A stretch of DNA of 64,000 nt from Nitrospirota bacterium. Its GTDB lineage: Bacteria > Nitrospirota > Thermodesulfovibrionia > UBA6902 > DSMQ01. This document shows, one piece after another, positions 10,360 to 20,679 of the stretch. Every line of letters starts with the position of its first letter. The first letter of the stretch is position 1. The translations under genes and the position numbers were made by a program. The stretch lies in assembly GCA_016212185.1 (NCBI GenBank), contig JACRGX010000056.1, forward strand, positions 31,240 through 95,239, read 5' to 3'. The notes under the pieces are model-generated. The model was not told where the DNA came from. It saw only the letters and a list, made by a program, of their open reading frames with translations, and ran no database searches.

Positions 10360-11145
10360 TTACTCCTTTCTCAAGATTGCATAGTAATAGCGCCATCCGG
10401 CACGGTGATAAAAAGTCGGTTTATCCTTGCACAAGTCACCTTTATGAAGGTAAAATTCAGCAGTAAACCCCTCTTCCTTAAAAATATCCTTCAGCTCTCT
10501 TATTGTCCTCCAGTGCTCTCCGTCAAAGGGGTTTGGCGACCTCAAATTTTTAAGATCAAACCCGAGTTTCTTTTTATTCCCTAAGTGTTTGAAATAGGAA
10601 ATAAAACGTTTTATCACCCAGACTGAATTCACATAATGCTCATTCGCTATCAGCACCCTGCCTTCCGGATTGAGCAGTTTTCTAATGTTCCTGAAAAGCT
10701 CCTGGATATATTTATCATAACAGTGATGAAATGAAGCGCATAAAACAAAAAGGTCAATTTTTTGAGTGATAGCAATTTCTTCAAAATTGCCGTTTAAAAT
10801 AGTAACTTTTCCTTCCGGCGCCCTTAAGTGTTTAAAGACACATTCAGCATGCCTGAGCCGTTCAGCGCTCGGTTCAACTGAATAGACATGCTTCACATAA
10901 GGCAGGTTTGCCAGTATCGCAGAAGTCCAGCAGATGCCTGAACCTATATCTGCCACTGTTATCCCTTTTTTGAGCCTTTCACTCCCAAAATGTCTCTGCA
11001 TCTCTTCAACAGCTTCTTCAAAATAGGGTTTAAAATTTGACTTTACTTCAAGCTGTTCCATCAGCCGGCTGAAGCTCTCTTTTGTTTCATCCACCTGCCA
11101 GTGCAGTGCCAGTGATTCATCTACAAATCTTTGCGCTATTTTCAC
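10360..11145 (-). CDS. class I SAM-dependent methyltransferase
   Basis: VADIGSGICWTSAILA glycine-rich SAM-binding motif. Confidence 0.7.
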   Translation of the reverse strand: MKIAQRFVDESLALHWQVDETKESFSRLMEQLEVKSNFKPYFEEAVEEMQRHFGSERLKKGITVADIGSGICWTSAILANLPYVKHVYSVEPSAERLRHAECVFKHLRAPEGKVTILNGNFEEIAITQKIDLFVLCASFHHCYDKYIQELFRNIRKLLNPEGRVLIANEHYVNSVWVIKRFISYFKHLGNKKKLGFDLKNLRSPNPFDGEHWRTIRELKDIFKEEGFTAEFYLHKGDLCKDKPTFYHRAGWRYYYAILRKE

Positions 11146-11171
11146 AGAATTATATTAACCTTTGACCTCTG

Positions 11172-12518
11172 CTATTTATCCGGCTTATCCGCCATAAAGT
11201 ATGATAAAGCCCCTTTCCATGCACTCAGTTCAAAAACGGCCATCCACGGCATGGGGTAAAGCCTGTTAACAAACATCCATGTAAGAATAAAAAAGGTAAG
11301 ATAAGCAAGGAAAGTTGCCTGCGCCGCACCAATGGCTCCATTAATCCTAATTAGTGCAAAGTTGGCGGCAACTGCCACCAGCCCCGACAGGAGTGTTATC
11401 CATGCAAGCAGATATGTCTTCCTTGAGAATGTGATGAATATCGCGAGAAGCCGGTACATTGCAAAGGCAACCTGCGACATTGCTATCCAGAAAATAAATA
11501 CCCCTGCACCGTAAAACCTCTCCCCCACAAGAAGCCTGAGGATGTAAGGGCCCGCCATTGATATAACAAATGCCGCCAGAATAAAAACGGCCAGATATAT
11601 GATAAAAAAGCAGACGAATTTTTTCTTCCCATTATCTTCATCCTTTCCAAGCATTCTATATATATGCGGGGAAACAGCATTGTCAAACGGAGCGGCAAGC
11701 ATAATGATAACTGTGCCAAATGTATATCCGACATTATAAACACCCAGTGTTTCCATCCCAAACATGGCATTTAAAAAAAACTTATCAATAGTCCCTATCA
11801 TCATAAGCCCGAGAGAATGAGGGAACAGCGGGAAGCCGAAAATTGCCACCTCTCTGAAATATTGCTTATTCAGCCGGAAATGCAGCCCGTCCTCTTTCAG
11901 AAGAAAGTAGAAACTAATCCCGAAGAAAATGATTTCAGCCATAATTATTCCGGCTATTCTTCCGCGCCAGTCAAACCAGAAAAAGGATATCATCAGGAAG
12001 GATAACCCTATATTCAGAAACGATTTGGCAACCAGAGTCGTCCCGTAGTGCAAAGGCTTTTCCTGATATATCCATAATTTAGCTTTGAAATTTCCAAATG
12101 ACGAAAAAAGCGCAAGCAGTGGAACAAACCATACCCACAGAACAGGAAAGTGCAGTTTATCTGAAATGACGCCCTGCAAAAAACACAGCAGTATTGCAAC
12201 AATAAAAAACAGCGCCAGATTGAATGCCATCGCATTAAATATGTAGCCCGGGAAGTCAAACCCTTTTTGATTCCTGTCAACCTGCGCCCTGCAGACAGCC
12301 CCGGCAGACGACATGGTTACCGCCGGCTCCATATTAGACCTGATGGCATTGAACGTTCCGATATAGCCATAATCGGCAGGCGTCAGCCAACGCGTCAGAA
12401 TTGGCAGAAAAACGAAAGGGACGGCCATATTGATTGTATTGCTGACCAGATAGATGCTGCTTGAAAGAAAAAATTTTTTTATATTTTCAGATAAATTCAT
12501 ATCTCTAAATCTGTCCAA
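11172..12518 (-). CDS. Wzx-like oligosaccharide/polysaccharide flippase (MOP superfamily)
   Basis: 448 aa, about 12-14 predicted TM helices, polysaccharide biosynthesis protein architecture. Confidence 0.65.
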   Translation of the reverse strand: MDRFRDMNLSENIKKFFLSSSIYLVSNTINMAVPFVFLPILTRWLTPADYGYIGTFNAIRSNMEPAVTMSSAGAVCRAQVDRNQKGFDFPGYIFNAMAFNLALFFIVAILLCFLQGVISDKLHFPVLWVWFVPLLALFSSFGNFKAKLWIYQEKPLHYGTTLVAKSFLNIGLSFLMISFFWFDWRGRIAGIIMAEIIFFGISFYFLLKEDGLHFRLNKQYFREVAIFGFPLFPHSLGLMMIGTIDKFFLNAMFGMETLGVYNVGYTFGTVIIMLAAPFDNAVSPHIYRMLGKDEDNGKKKFVCFFIIYLAVFILAAFVISMAGPYILRLLVGERFYGAGVFIFWIAMSQVAFAMYRLLAIFITFSRKTYLLAWITLLSGLVAVAANFALIRINGAIGAAQATFLAYLTFFILTWMFVNRLYPMPWMAVFELSAWKGALSYFMADKPDK

Positions 12519-12547
12519 TGTTTCTGCGCCGTGATTAAGACTGCCGG

Positions 12548-14632
12548 TTACACGACCTTGTCACTGCCCCATTTCTCGGAATATCTTCGCCTGCTTTCGG
12601 CTATAACATCCTCTCTGCTTAATCCAGCCTCAAAACCTTCAAGGCACCATCTTAGACACTCAGAGATACGTTCTGATGAAGCGCTGTCCATGAAAGGGTC
12701 CAGTATCTCATGAACCGCGCTGCAGTCGCCAAATCCGTCAAATCCGCCTTCTATATGCTTATGCAACGAGCCGAGCAATAACGGCATGCTGTCAAAGATG
12801 CAGATGTTTTTAAGGTTCTGCTGATAAAAAATACCCCTTATTGTCCTTAGAGGGTTAAACACAGCCGTGCGTTTTCCGCAGCATATGGATGTAAACATCG
12901 CGGTGGAAGGAAGACTGACTGCCATGTCAGCTACCTTTGACGAAAGCGTGACAGTGGTAAAAGGGTCCAGGATAAAACATCGCCGCTTTTCAACCAGAGA
13001 TTTAAAACCTTTCAATATATCCGCAGGCATGCGGCTGAAAAATTTCTCTTTCTTGGGTTTTATTACAACTGAGTATCCGCCCCTTTCCTCCATATCATTG
13101 AACAAGGTGCGGTAAAAATCAAAAATAACATCCCTGCCGTATATAAACCCGGGTTCATCAAAAACTGCTATCAGCGGACCGTTTTCAAAAGCGCCCATAT
13201 CTTTCAATTTGTCTTTAAGAAGATTAACCTGTTCACTAAGAGCTTCACTGTCCATCTGGTCATGATAGTAGCCGCTGATGACTTTATTAATGGCTTTATC
13301 CGGGTCAATAACCTGGCTAAGACTGTAACTGCCGGATAAAAAGGATACATTTGCCGGCCTGTCATCATAATATGAATGATTGCTGTATACCATGCTTCGT
13401 TCCACAAGGGCATTTATGCCGCCTGCCATCTCCATGGCAACCGCCCTCTGGTATATTTCAGCTCCGTAGGCGTCTTCAACATAAACTTTTATACTGTTTG
13501 ACATGAAATAGTCATACCACCATGCAACCCCTTTCAGTAAAAAAGCCGTCTGTACGTATGTCCAGAGGCGCTTGCGGCTGAACAGTATAATGTTTATCAG
13601 AAACAGACCCAAAAGCTTTAGAGACTTTGTAAGAATAATTTCATAATAAAGACCCGTCGGCTTCCATAGAGGGAATGAACCTTCTTCTGTGCCGGCATAA
13701 CCTCTTCTCCTTCCGTGGACTTTCATTTGAAGCCTGCCCGCCAACTCAAATTCCGCGTCGGTCGGCTGACGGTAGTCATTCTCCCAAAGACCTGCCAGAT
13801 GTGCGGGACTAAGCGCCCTTCCCCAAGCCCAATTAAGGTTGTTGCGCATATCAGGGGAAATTCCGTCAGAAATACTTGTAGCGATATAATAACCGAATAT
13901 TTTATGCGGCGCACCTGATGTTGAGATTTTTCCAAGAAAAGGGGCAATAAAAGGCAGCTGCGTTTCTGCCCGCTTATTCCTTACCAAATTGTTATCATGG
14001 GATTTATTAAGAAAAATTTTATTGAATATCTTTTCCGCATACCACGATGTAAAACCGGGATAACCGCCTCCGACAATCACTGCAAAAGGCATCTCCCTCA
14101 AATAAACTGCCAGTTCTTTCCCCCACCAGTTTGCCGGTACAAATAAAATGAACTCCTCTTTATCATCAGTTTTGCTCTTAGCCTGCCGCGATAAAATGTA
14201 AAATGCAAGATAGACAGCGGCTTCTATTTCCTGTGCAATCCTGAATTCTATGTATGCGGGTACAAATAAGCCGGCACTCAGTCCCGGCACAAGTGAACTG
14301 AAAGCATTTCTGTGTTCATTGGAAGAAACAATTTTTTTTGCTAATTGTATCACGGTATCATTTGCCCTTTCCCTGAGATTGTTACCGTTCTCATCGCAAA
14401 GCTCCTTTGCCGGAAGCGCATTAGGGCTGCAGGCAAGTCTCCTGGCGGTAATTTTTCTGGGAAATACTCTTGTCAGTAATGCAACCAGATGCTCAGCAAT
14501 AAAGTTTGCTTTCCAGTAGACAATCTCTAAAGAATTATATCTAAGGCAGACCTGCATTATGCGGATAAACAGCGATAATGAGATAAAAACAAAAACTATC
14601 GAACAGCGCCTGCCCCTGACCGACTTATGCAT
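12548..14632 (-). CDS. large hypothetical protein with TagF/Capsule_synth-like C-terminal domain
   Basis: 694 aa; C-terminal VVIKPKKEKF...STAMFTSICCGKR parallels KxHP paralogs. Confidence 0.3.
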   Translation of the reverse strand: MHKSVRGRRCSIVFVFISLSLFIRIMQVCLRYNSLEIVYWKANFIAEHLVALLTRVFPRKITARRLACSPNALPAKELCDENGNNLRERANDTVIQLAKKIVSSNEHRNAFSSLVPGLSAGLFVPAYIEFRIAQEIEAAVYLAFYILSRQAKSKTDDKEEFILFVPANWWGKELAVYLREMPFAVIVGGGYPGFTSWYAEKIFNKIFLNKSHDNNLVRNKRAETQLPFIAPFLGKISTSGAPHKIFGYYIATSISDGISPDMRNNLNWAWGRALSPAHLAGLWENDYRQPTDAEFELAGRLQMKVHGRRRGYAGTEEGSFPLWKPTGLYYEIILTKSLKLLGLFLINIILFSRKRLWTYVQTAFLLKGVAWWYDYFMSNSIKVYVEDAYGAEIYQRAVAMEMAGGINALVERSMVYSNHSYYDDRPANVSFLSGSYSLSQVIDPDKAINKVISGYYHDQMDSEALSEQVNLLKDKLKDMGAFENGPLIAVFDEPGFIYGRDVIFDFYRTLFNDMEERGGYSVVIKPKKEKFFSRMPADILKGFKSLVEKRRCFILDPFTTVTLSSKVADMAVSLPSTAMFTSICCGKRTAVFNPLRTIRGIFYQQNLKNICIFDSMPLLLGSLHKHIEGGFDGFGDCSAVHEILDPFMDSASSERISECLRWCLEGFEAGLSREDVIAESRRRYSEKWGSDKVV

Positions 14633-15678
14633 TATTTCAACTTGGATAAAACAAGACCGGCAACAGCGTCAACGGCGCCCCTGTGGTCAGGGGCTGATGC
14701 CTTAACCTCTTTCCAATCCCCCAGGTAACCGTGCCCTGCAAGATAATTCCAAAGCCTAGGCAGGAGAAATGAATTCTCCGGACTCCATCCTGAAAGAAAC
14801 GGCTCAACATTATATGTGGGAACCCCATATGCAACGCTTAACTGCGTAAACATTGAGGTAAGCCCGTAAACCCTGTCTGATATGCCGAGTACCGTCATCT
14901 CATCAGCCTCTTCAAATCCTATCCGCCTGAGTCTGTTATCAACCTTGTTTTTTTCATTTGGATGCGGCCTGACCAGAATAAGCACGTCTTTTCCTTCTTT
15001 TTCAACTATTTTTGCTTTTAAAGCAACACCCCCTGCATCCATATCAAACAGGCTGCCGCATCCTGCATCGCACGGCTCATAAAATGAGTGGCTATGGATA
15101 ATCTCTGACGCCAGAAAACAGACTTCTTTATCTTCTGGAATGCTTAGCTTTTTTTTTGTTTCTGTTTTCACTTTCTCAGACATTTTGGTCAAACTGCATT
15201 TTTCAAGATAGGGATGACCGGTAACCACAAGCTTGTCTTCAGGCATTCCCATATCAGCCAGCGCTGTTTTTGCGGCACTGTCCATCACCGCAAGTATATC
15301 CGGCATGTCATGCGTCAGCCCTCCGTCAGGTTCCAAAAATCTCTCAAGACCTTTGTAGTTGTCCAGAAAAGCAATACTAAACAGCCCCCTCTTTCCGGCT
15401 TCTCTAAAGATTTCCCGGTTAATCGTGTGTTTTGGATGACCATAGCCTGTCAATAAGAGGCTGAACTCTTTTGCAGGGAAATCCACCCAGCTCATGATTT
15501 TACTGTAATGTTTTTTATATACGATGTCTGACGGCGGTAGGGCATAAATATCTAACATAAGACCGGCTGACATCAATTTTCCAATAACCGGGATCAGTGC
15601 AGCAGCTGAACCTGCCTGCTGTGAAAAAATAAGTATGGATTTATCCGCTGCCTGTCTCAAGTTTTCTGAGTTCATCAA
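14632..15678 (-). CDS. TagF/Capsule_synth-like Rossmann transferase (putative)
   Basis: LILVRPHPNEKNK (RPHP) motif; 348 aa. Confidence 0.35.
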   Translation of the reverse strand: MMNSENLRQAADKSILIFSQQAGSAAALIPVIGKLMSAGLMLDIYALPPSDIVYKKHYSKIMSWVDFPAKEFSLLLTGYGHPKHTINREIFREAGKRGLFSIAFLDNYKGLERFLEPDGGLTHDMPDILAVMDSAAKTALADMGMPEDKLVVTGHPYLEKCSLTKMSEKVKTETKKKLSIPEDKEVCFLASEIIHSHSFYEPCDAGCGSLFDMDAGGVALKAKIVEKEGKDVLILVRPHPNEKNKVDNRLRRIGFEEADEMTVLGISDRVYGLTSMFTQLSVAYGVPTYNVEPFLSGWSPENSFLLPRLWNYLAGHGYLGDWKEVKASAPDHRGAVDAVAGLVLSKLK

Positions 15679-16936
15679 TATTTGCCTGTATCTTCCTGAG
15701 CGCTTTTACAAACTCTTCTACTTCTTTTTCAGTATGAGGATACCTGCATATATTAGTCACAACCATTTTCGTATCATGGATCAATTCCGCTTCAGGACAT
15801 ATTCCGGGAGAGTAGTCGGGCTTGCAATTATATTCAGGGAAAAGCCTTTTAAAGTTACCGGCTGCAGGGTCCTGATGTTCCTGATATATAGGGCACCTGT
15901 AGATAGGCGCAGCATAGTTAGATGCATGCACGCCTTCGGCAATTAACGACTTCAGCAAAAGATCGCGGGTTATTCCAAGTTTTTCACTTTTATAAAGCAT
16001 GGGGTAAAGATAAAAGACATGTGTGCATTCCTTACGAATTGCCGGCGGCATAATGAAATCTATCTCACCTAATGCAGCAGTAAGTTTCCCTGCAAGCGAA
16101 ATGCGTCCGGAATTCAGGGTTCCAAGCTTATTAAGCTGAGGGATGGCGACTGCTGCATGGAGTTCTGAAAGCCTGTAATTGAAGCCCACAACATCTGCAT
16201 TCCTGTTCGTCTCCCAGTCAAGAAGCACAACCTCTCCATGGTTCCGGCAAAGCTGCAGGCGCTCTGCAAACCGGCTGTCATCAGTCAGGACAACGCCTCC
16301 TTCTCCGCACTGGATAGTCTTGTGGCGGTTAAGGCTGAACACGCCCATATGGCCTGTCCTTCCGGTAAACCTTCCCTTGTATTTTGCTCCGGGCGCCTGG
16401 GCATTATCTTCAACAACTATAAGACCATGCCTTGCGGCTGTATCCATAACAGGATCCATGTCGGATGAAAGTCCGAAAAGATTTACCGCTATTACAGCTT
16501 TTGTGCGTTCAGTAACCGCAGCCTCCAGTTTTGACGGATCCAGGCAAAACATCTCAGGCTCTATGTCAATAAAGACAGGCACTGCATGGCACATAAGCAC
16601 TGCGGCTGCCGTTGCGCTCATGGAATAAGGCGGCACAATCACCTCATCGCCCGGGCCTATGCCTGCTGCAATCATGGTCCCGTGCAAAGCAGACGTGGCG
16701 GAGTTAAAGGAAATTGCATATCTGCTTCCGTACTTGGTGCAGAAAAGCGCTTCAAGCTCTCTGACCTTTGCGCCTCCGTAGAACTGTTCGTTTCCCCTCC
16801 CCACAAAGCCGGACAAAACTCCGGTATCAAGAACAGACATTGCCATTTTCTTTTCTTCATCGCCTATTGTGTTATAAGGGGGATAAGGCTCTCTGCGAAC
16901 AGGCTCGCCGCCAAACATCGCAAGTTTTTCAGGCAT
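15641..16936 (-). CDS. DegT/DnrJ/EryC1/StrS-family PLP-dependent sugar aminotransferase
   Basis: FNSATSALHGTMIAAGIGPGDEVIVPPYSMSATA and NRHKTIQCGEGG blocks characteristic of the family. Confidence 0.85.
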   Translation of the reverse strand: MPEKLAMFGGEPVRREPYPPYNTIGDEEKKMAMSVLDTGVLSGFVGRGNEQFYGGAKVRELEALFCTKYGSRYAISFNSATSALHGTMIAAGIGPGDEVIVPPYSMSATAAAVLMCHAVPVFIDIEPEMFCLDPSKLEAAVTERTKAVIAVNLFGLSSDMDPVMDTAARHGLIVVEDNAQAPGAKYKGRFTGRTGHMGVFSLNRHKTIQCGEGGVVLTDDSRFAERLQLCRNHGEVVLLDWETNRNADVVGFNYRLSELHAAVAIPQLNKLGTLNSGRISLAGKLTAALGEIDFIMPPAIRKECTHVFYLYPMLYKSEKLGITRDLLLKSLIAEGVHASNYAAPIYRCPIYQEHQDPAAGNFKRLFPEYNCKPDYSPGICPEAELIHDTKMVVTNICRYPHTEKEVEEFVKALRKIQANIDELRKLETGSG

Positions 16937-17939
16937 GATTATTTCTCCCTGAACTATACTGCTTATTAATCACCTCTGTGACATCTCCTATAAGCTTTGC
17001 CGTTTTTACGGAATCTTCAGGCGGTGAAAAAGTTGAATCACCGTTACCTTCAACCGCTTCAATCAGATTTGCAAGAGCCCTTGTAAACGAATCTTTCCAT
17101 CTGCAGATTACGGTTTCAGGTTCAGGGTTAAGAATATTCAAATGAGGGAACTCCTTATCGCTCATTACATGATAAATTTCAATCCGCCTTCCGTTTTCAC
17201 AGATGCGTATCCTAGCGTTTTCACAAAATATATCAAGTTCAAAAATATTGTAGCCGCCGCTTAAAGGCTGCAATATGCTGTATATTCCTCCGCGTGTTTT
17301 GCAGACCATATATACCGGACCGTCTCCGCCTCCTAAAAAACCGGCGGCAGGTTGAGCATGCATAAGAGAAAATTCCTCCTCAAAGAAATTCATCAGGTCA
17401 ATCATATGCGAACCATTCCGCACATAGCCCCCTGTGTACAGTCCGCTCATCATCTTTATTTTCCCGTAGAGCCCTCTGATGATATCGCTCCGTATCTCTG
17501 CTATTTCAGGTATGAACCGCCTGAAATAATTTATCTGCACCAGGATCCCCGATTCTCTGCTTCTGCCGCTTATTTCTTCTGCAGACCTGCCGTCAAGCGC
17601 CATGGGTTTTTCACACCATATGCCTTTCACTCTGCGGTTAATAGCTTTCACTAATAATTCATAATGTGAATCATCCGGAGTGCATATGCTCAATATATCA
17701 ACCTGCTCGTTATTGACAAGACTATCAAAATCCTCGTACGCCCTCAGTTGAGGAAACGCTTTCTTAACAGCAGTCCGCTGCGCCTTGTCGGTTTCTGCAA
17801 AAGCAATCAGCTCTACATGCCCGCTCAACTCCATATAGCTCCTGACATGTGTCATAGGATATTTTTTTTCTCCTATGCCTGTTGCAATAGTTCCGGCTCC
17901 GACTATGGCGGAATACAGCTTCTTTTCTGTGTAATTCAA
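16929..17939 (-). CDS. Gfo/Idh/MocA family oxidoreductase
   Basis: LYSAIVGAGTIATGIG N-terminal Rossmann; EKP motif region CEKPMALD. Confidence 0.75.
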   Translation of the reverse strand: MNYTEKKLYSAIVGAGTIATGIGEKKYPMTHVRSYMELSGHVELIAFAETDKAQRTAVKKAFPQLRAYEDFDSLVNNEQVDILSICTPDDSHYELLVKAINRRVKGIWCEKPMALDGRSAEEISGRSRESGILVQINYFRRFIPEIAEIRSDIIRGLYGKIKMMSGLYTGGYVRNGSHMIDLMNFFEEEFSLMHAQPAAGFLGGGDGPVYMVCKTRGGIYSILQPLSGGYNIFELDIFCENARIRICENGRRIEIYHVMSDKEFPHLNILNPEPETVICRWKDSFTRALANLIEAVEGNGDSTFSPPEDSVKTAKLIGDVTEVINKQYSSGRNNHA

Positions 17940-17984
17940 TTCTGCCCTGCCTCCGGAGGATAAATAAACATGCGGGTTTTTCTT

Positions 17985-18788
17985 TCACTTAACAGCAAAT
18001 ATAATTATATTCCAGCAGTATCTTTTTAAAAAAGGGAGTTGGTGTAAAAAATAATTATCAATCCTTTCCAGCCTCATATAGGTCTTTTCAAGTTTTCTGT
18101 GTTCCTTGAGAATTTTTTTCCAGTATCTTTCTTTGTTGGGGTCCACCCTGTCAATAAGATAATATTTAATGAATATCCAGAGAAGAAAGAACCATGTCGC
18201 ATAAGTTTCCAGGCGTGAAAAATATTTATTAAATATTTTCAGATCCCTCATGCTGAGCGGATGCTCATCTTCTGTTCTGACCTCATTGGCTATCCGCCTG
18301 TATATATTCAGTAGGATATTATGCGCAAGCGGGTCCCATGATACGAATATTCCGCCTTTTCTCAAAACCCTGTGAGCTTCTCTGACTGTACTTTCAATAT
18401 CAACATGATGAAGCAGGTTTGCGGCATAAACGATATCAAATGTCTCGTCTTCAAAAATAGTCTTATGTGAGTCTAACTGCTCGGTCAGTATGCTGACGCC
18501 GTGTTTTGAAGCAACTTTCTTTACGACTTCAAGCATCCCGGCTGAAATATCCGTCGCAATGACATCAGCGCCCTTTTTTGCAAAATATACAGAAGCCTCT
18601 CCAGCGCCGCAGCCGAGTTCCAGTATCTTTTTACCTTTCAGGTCTCCCAGTTTCCTGATAATCAGCCTGTTTTCAGGGGAAGTGCATGCCTCAAAAGATT
18701 CGTCAACCATGACCTCGTTAATATTTATTGAATCCGCCCACCTGTCATGGAATATCTCTTCTTTCCGGAATGCCTTATTCTCTGTCAC
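17985..18788 (-). CDS. class I SAM-dependent methyltransferase
   Basis: ILELGCGAGEASVYFAKKGADVIATD motif I. Confidence 0.75.
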   Translation of the reverse strand: MTENKAFRKEEIFHDRWADSININEVMVDESFEACTSPENRLIIRKLGDLKGKKILELGCGAGEASVYFAKKGADVIATDISAGMLEVVKKVASKHGVSILTEQLDSHKTIFEDETFDIVYAANLLHHVDIESTVREAHRVLRKGGIFVSWDPLAHNILLNIYRRIANEVRTEDEHPLSMRDLKIFNKYFSRLETYATWFFLLWIFIKYYLIDRVDPNKERYWKKILKEHRKLEKTYMRLERIDNYFLHQLPFLKRYCWNIIIFAVK

Positions 18789-18813
18789 AAAACCCTTTTA
18801 ACAAAAATGAGGC

Positions 18814-19758
18814 TTATTCAATATTTTTTCTGCCCTCTATTAAATATAACGGCCTGTTTTTTGCCTCTTCAAATATTCTGCCGATATATTCACCTACAAT
18901 GCCAAGCATAATAATCTGAAAGCCCCCTATTATTACAATTGTAATGATTACGGTAGATATACCCGGAGCAGACAGATGGGTAAATAATCTAAGATATGCT
19001 ATAAAAAGTCCTCCTAAAACGCCTACCCCCACTATCGCAATCCCAAAATATGTCGCAATCCTCAGGGGCACATTAGAAAAAGAAAAGACTGCGTCCAGCG
19101 CAAAGTTGACCATTTTGCTTACCGGATACTTAGTCTTGCCGGCATATCTTTCATCCCTTTGATAAACCAGGGGAGCGCTCTTAAAACCGCACCATGGAAC
19201 CATCCCCCTTATGAAACGGTGTTTTTCCCTCATCTGATTAAGCGACTTTAAAACCCGGCGCGTTATAAGACGGAAATCTCCGGTATCAGCCGGGATACTG
19301 ATATTGCACATTTTGTTCAGAAGCTTATAAAATATTTTGGCTGTAAATTTTTTAAAAAAAGAATCCCCCTTACGCTGATCTCTTTGCCCATAAATAATGT
19401 CAAATCCTTCTTTCGCCTTTTTGTACATATCCTCTATAAGCTCAGGCGGGTCCTGCAGGTCCCCGTCAATTATGGCGACATAATCAGCGTCTGCGTGGTC
19501 AAGCCCTGCTGTGACAGCGATCTGATGACCAAAATTCCTGCTAAGATTAATGACCTTGATGCAGTCGTGCTTATCAGCATATTTGTGCATCAGTTCTAGG
19601 CTCCGGTCTTTTGAGCCGTCATTTATCAATATAAAACTAATATCCAACTCACTGAGCTTTTCCTTAAATGCCAACAGCCTTTTCAGCAGCTCGGTAATGC
19701 AGAGCTCCTCATTATATACAGGAATTATAACCTCTAATTTTTCTTTTTCCTGTAGCAT
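18814..19758 (-). CDS. GT2 polyprenyl-phosphate glycosyltransferase (ArnC/GtrB/DPM1-like)
   Basis: VIIPVYNEE...LINDGSKDRS, DGDLQDPPE, C-terminal TM helices. Confidence 0.75.
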   Translation of the reverse strand: MLQEKEKLEVIIPVYNEELCITELLKRLLAFKEKLSELDISFILINDGSKDRSLELMHKYADKHDCIKVINLSRNFGHQIAVTAGLDHADADYVAIIDGDLQDPPELIEDMYKKAKEGFDIIYGQRDQRKGDSFFKKFTAKIFYKLLNKMCNISIPADTGDFRLITRRVLKSLNQMREKHRFIRGMVPWCGFKSAPLVYQRDERYAGKTKYPVSKMVNFALDAVFSFSNVPLRIATYFGIAIVGVGVLGGLFIAYLRLFTHLSAPGISTVIITIVIIGGFQIIMLGIVGEYIGRIFEEAKNRPLYLIEGRKNIE

Positions 19759-20651
19759 GCTGTTATTACACCTCCATTCCCCGGGAATAGTGAATCATAC
19801 AGTGAAAGCAATATTGCCGGCATAAGAAATAGAACTGCCAATGCATAGTTATAAATATCCAGAAACAGCAGTCTCTTTTTGCTTTTGTCAAAAACCTGCA
19901 TCCGTTTTTTTCTGTAATAGAAATAGTTGTGCGTAGAGTTGCATTTATTCATAAATCCCTGCAGATATCCAAAAATATTATATACCGACGACCTGAAGAT
20001 TTGGACCTTATCAAAACCGGAATTCTCCATAAGTCTGTTTAATGAGTCGGCAGAAAACTGATGAATATGGTTCTGCAGGTCATAAAATGCATAACCCTCA
20101 CCGAAGAGTCTGTACTGCAGGGAAAAGTTATTTGGGACAGAAATAACGATTCTTGTATTATCAAACGAGAGGCTCCTGACATGGCACAATATCTTTTTTA
20201 TATCATCTGCAGGCATGTGCTCCAGTGAATGCCAAAATGTAGCTACTGATATAGGACTTGTAATGGCGGCTACATCTGTCATAATATTCAACCTCAGCAC
20301 ATCTCTTGAAAACCTGATACATTCAGGCGTTATTTCAATACCGGCATGATTATGGAACATCTTCTTGTTATTAAAGAGAAACTTGCCGGAAGAGGCTCCT
20401 ACATCAAGAAGAAAATCATGCGCCTTAGAGCAATTTGCAATTACGCTCCGCTTAAATTTCTCAAGTAAATCAATTTTTTTGACCTTTTCCTCTGATAAAA
20501 TATCATTTATGATAAACTGCTGCTTATTTTTTTCTTTAAGCATCTCATGGCCGCAAACCGAACATTTCACATATGCATTTTCTCTTGCATTAGAAATTAT
20601 TTTGCCGCCGCATATAAAACATACCTGATCGAAGCTTCCATTAATGCCCAT
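19734..20651 (-). CDS. zinc-ribbon-containing class I methyltransferase (sugar C-/N-methyltransferase-like)
   Basis: N-terminal CFICGG...CSVCGHE zinc-binding domain followed by MTase fold (LLDVGASSGKF). Confidence 0.55.
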   Translation of the reverse strand: MGINGSFDQVCFICGGKIISNARENAYVKCSVCGHEMLKEKNKQQFIINDILSEEKVKKIDLLEKFKRSVIANCSKAHDFLLDVGASSGKFLFNNKKMFHNHAGIEITPECIRFSRDVLRLNIMTDVAAITSPISVATFWHSLEHMPADDIKKILCHVRSLSFDNTRIVISVPNNFSLQYRLFGEGYAFYDLQNHIHQFSADSLNRLMENSGFDKVQIFRSSVYNIFGYLQGFMNKCNSTHNYFYYRKKRMQVFDKSKKRLLFLDIYNYALAVLFLMPAILLSLYDSLFPGNGGVITACYRKKKN

Positions 20652-20679
20652 ATATTATCAGCTTGTGCATGAATTATTA

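Noticed and set aside
16179-16628. 149-aa plus-strand ORF
   Set aside because: Antisense inside the DegT aminotransferase gene.
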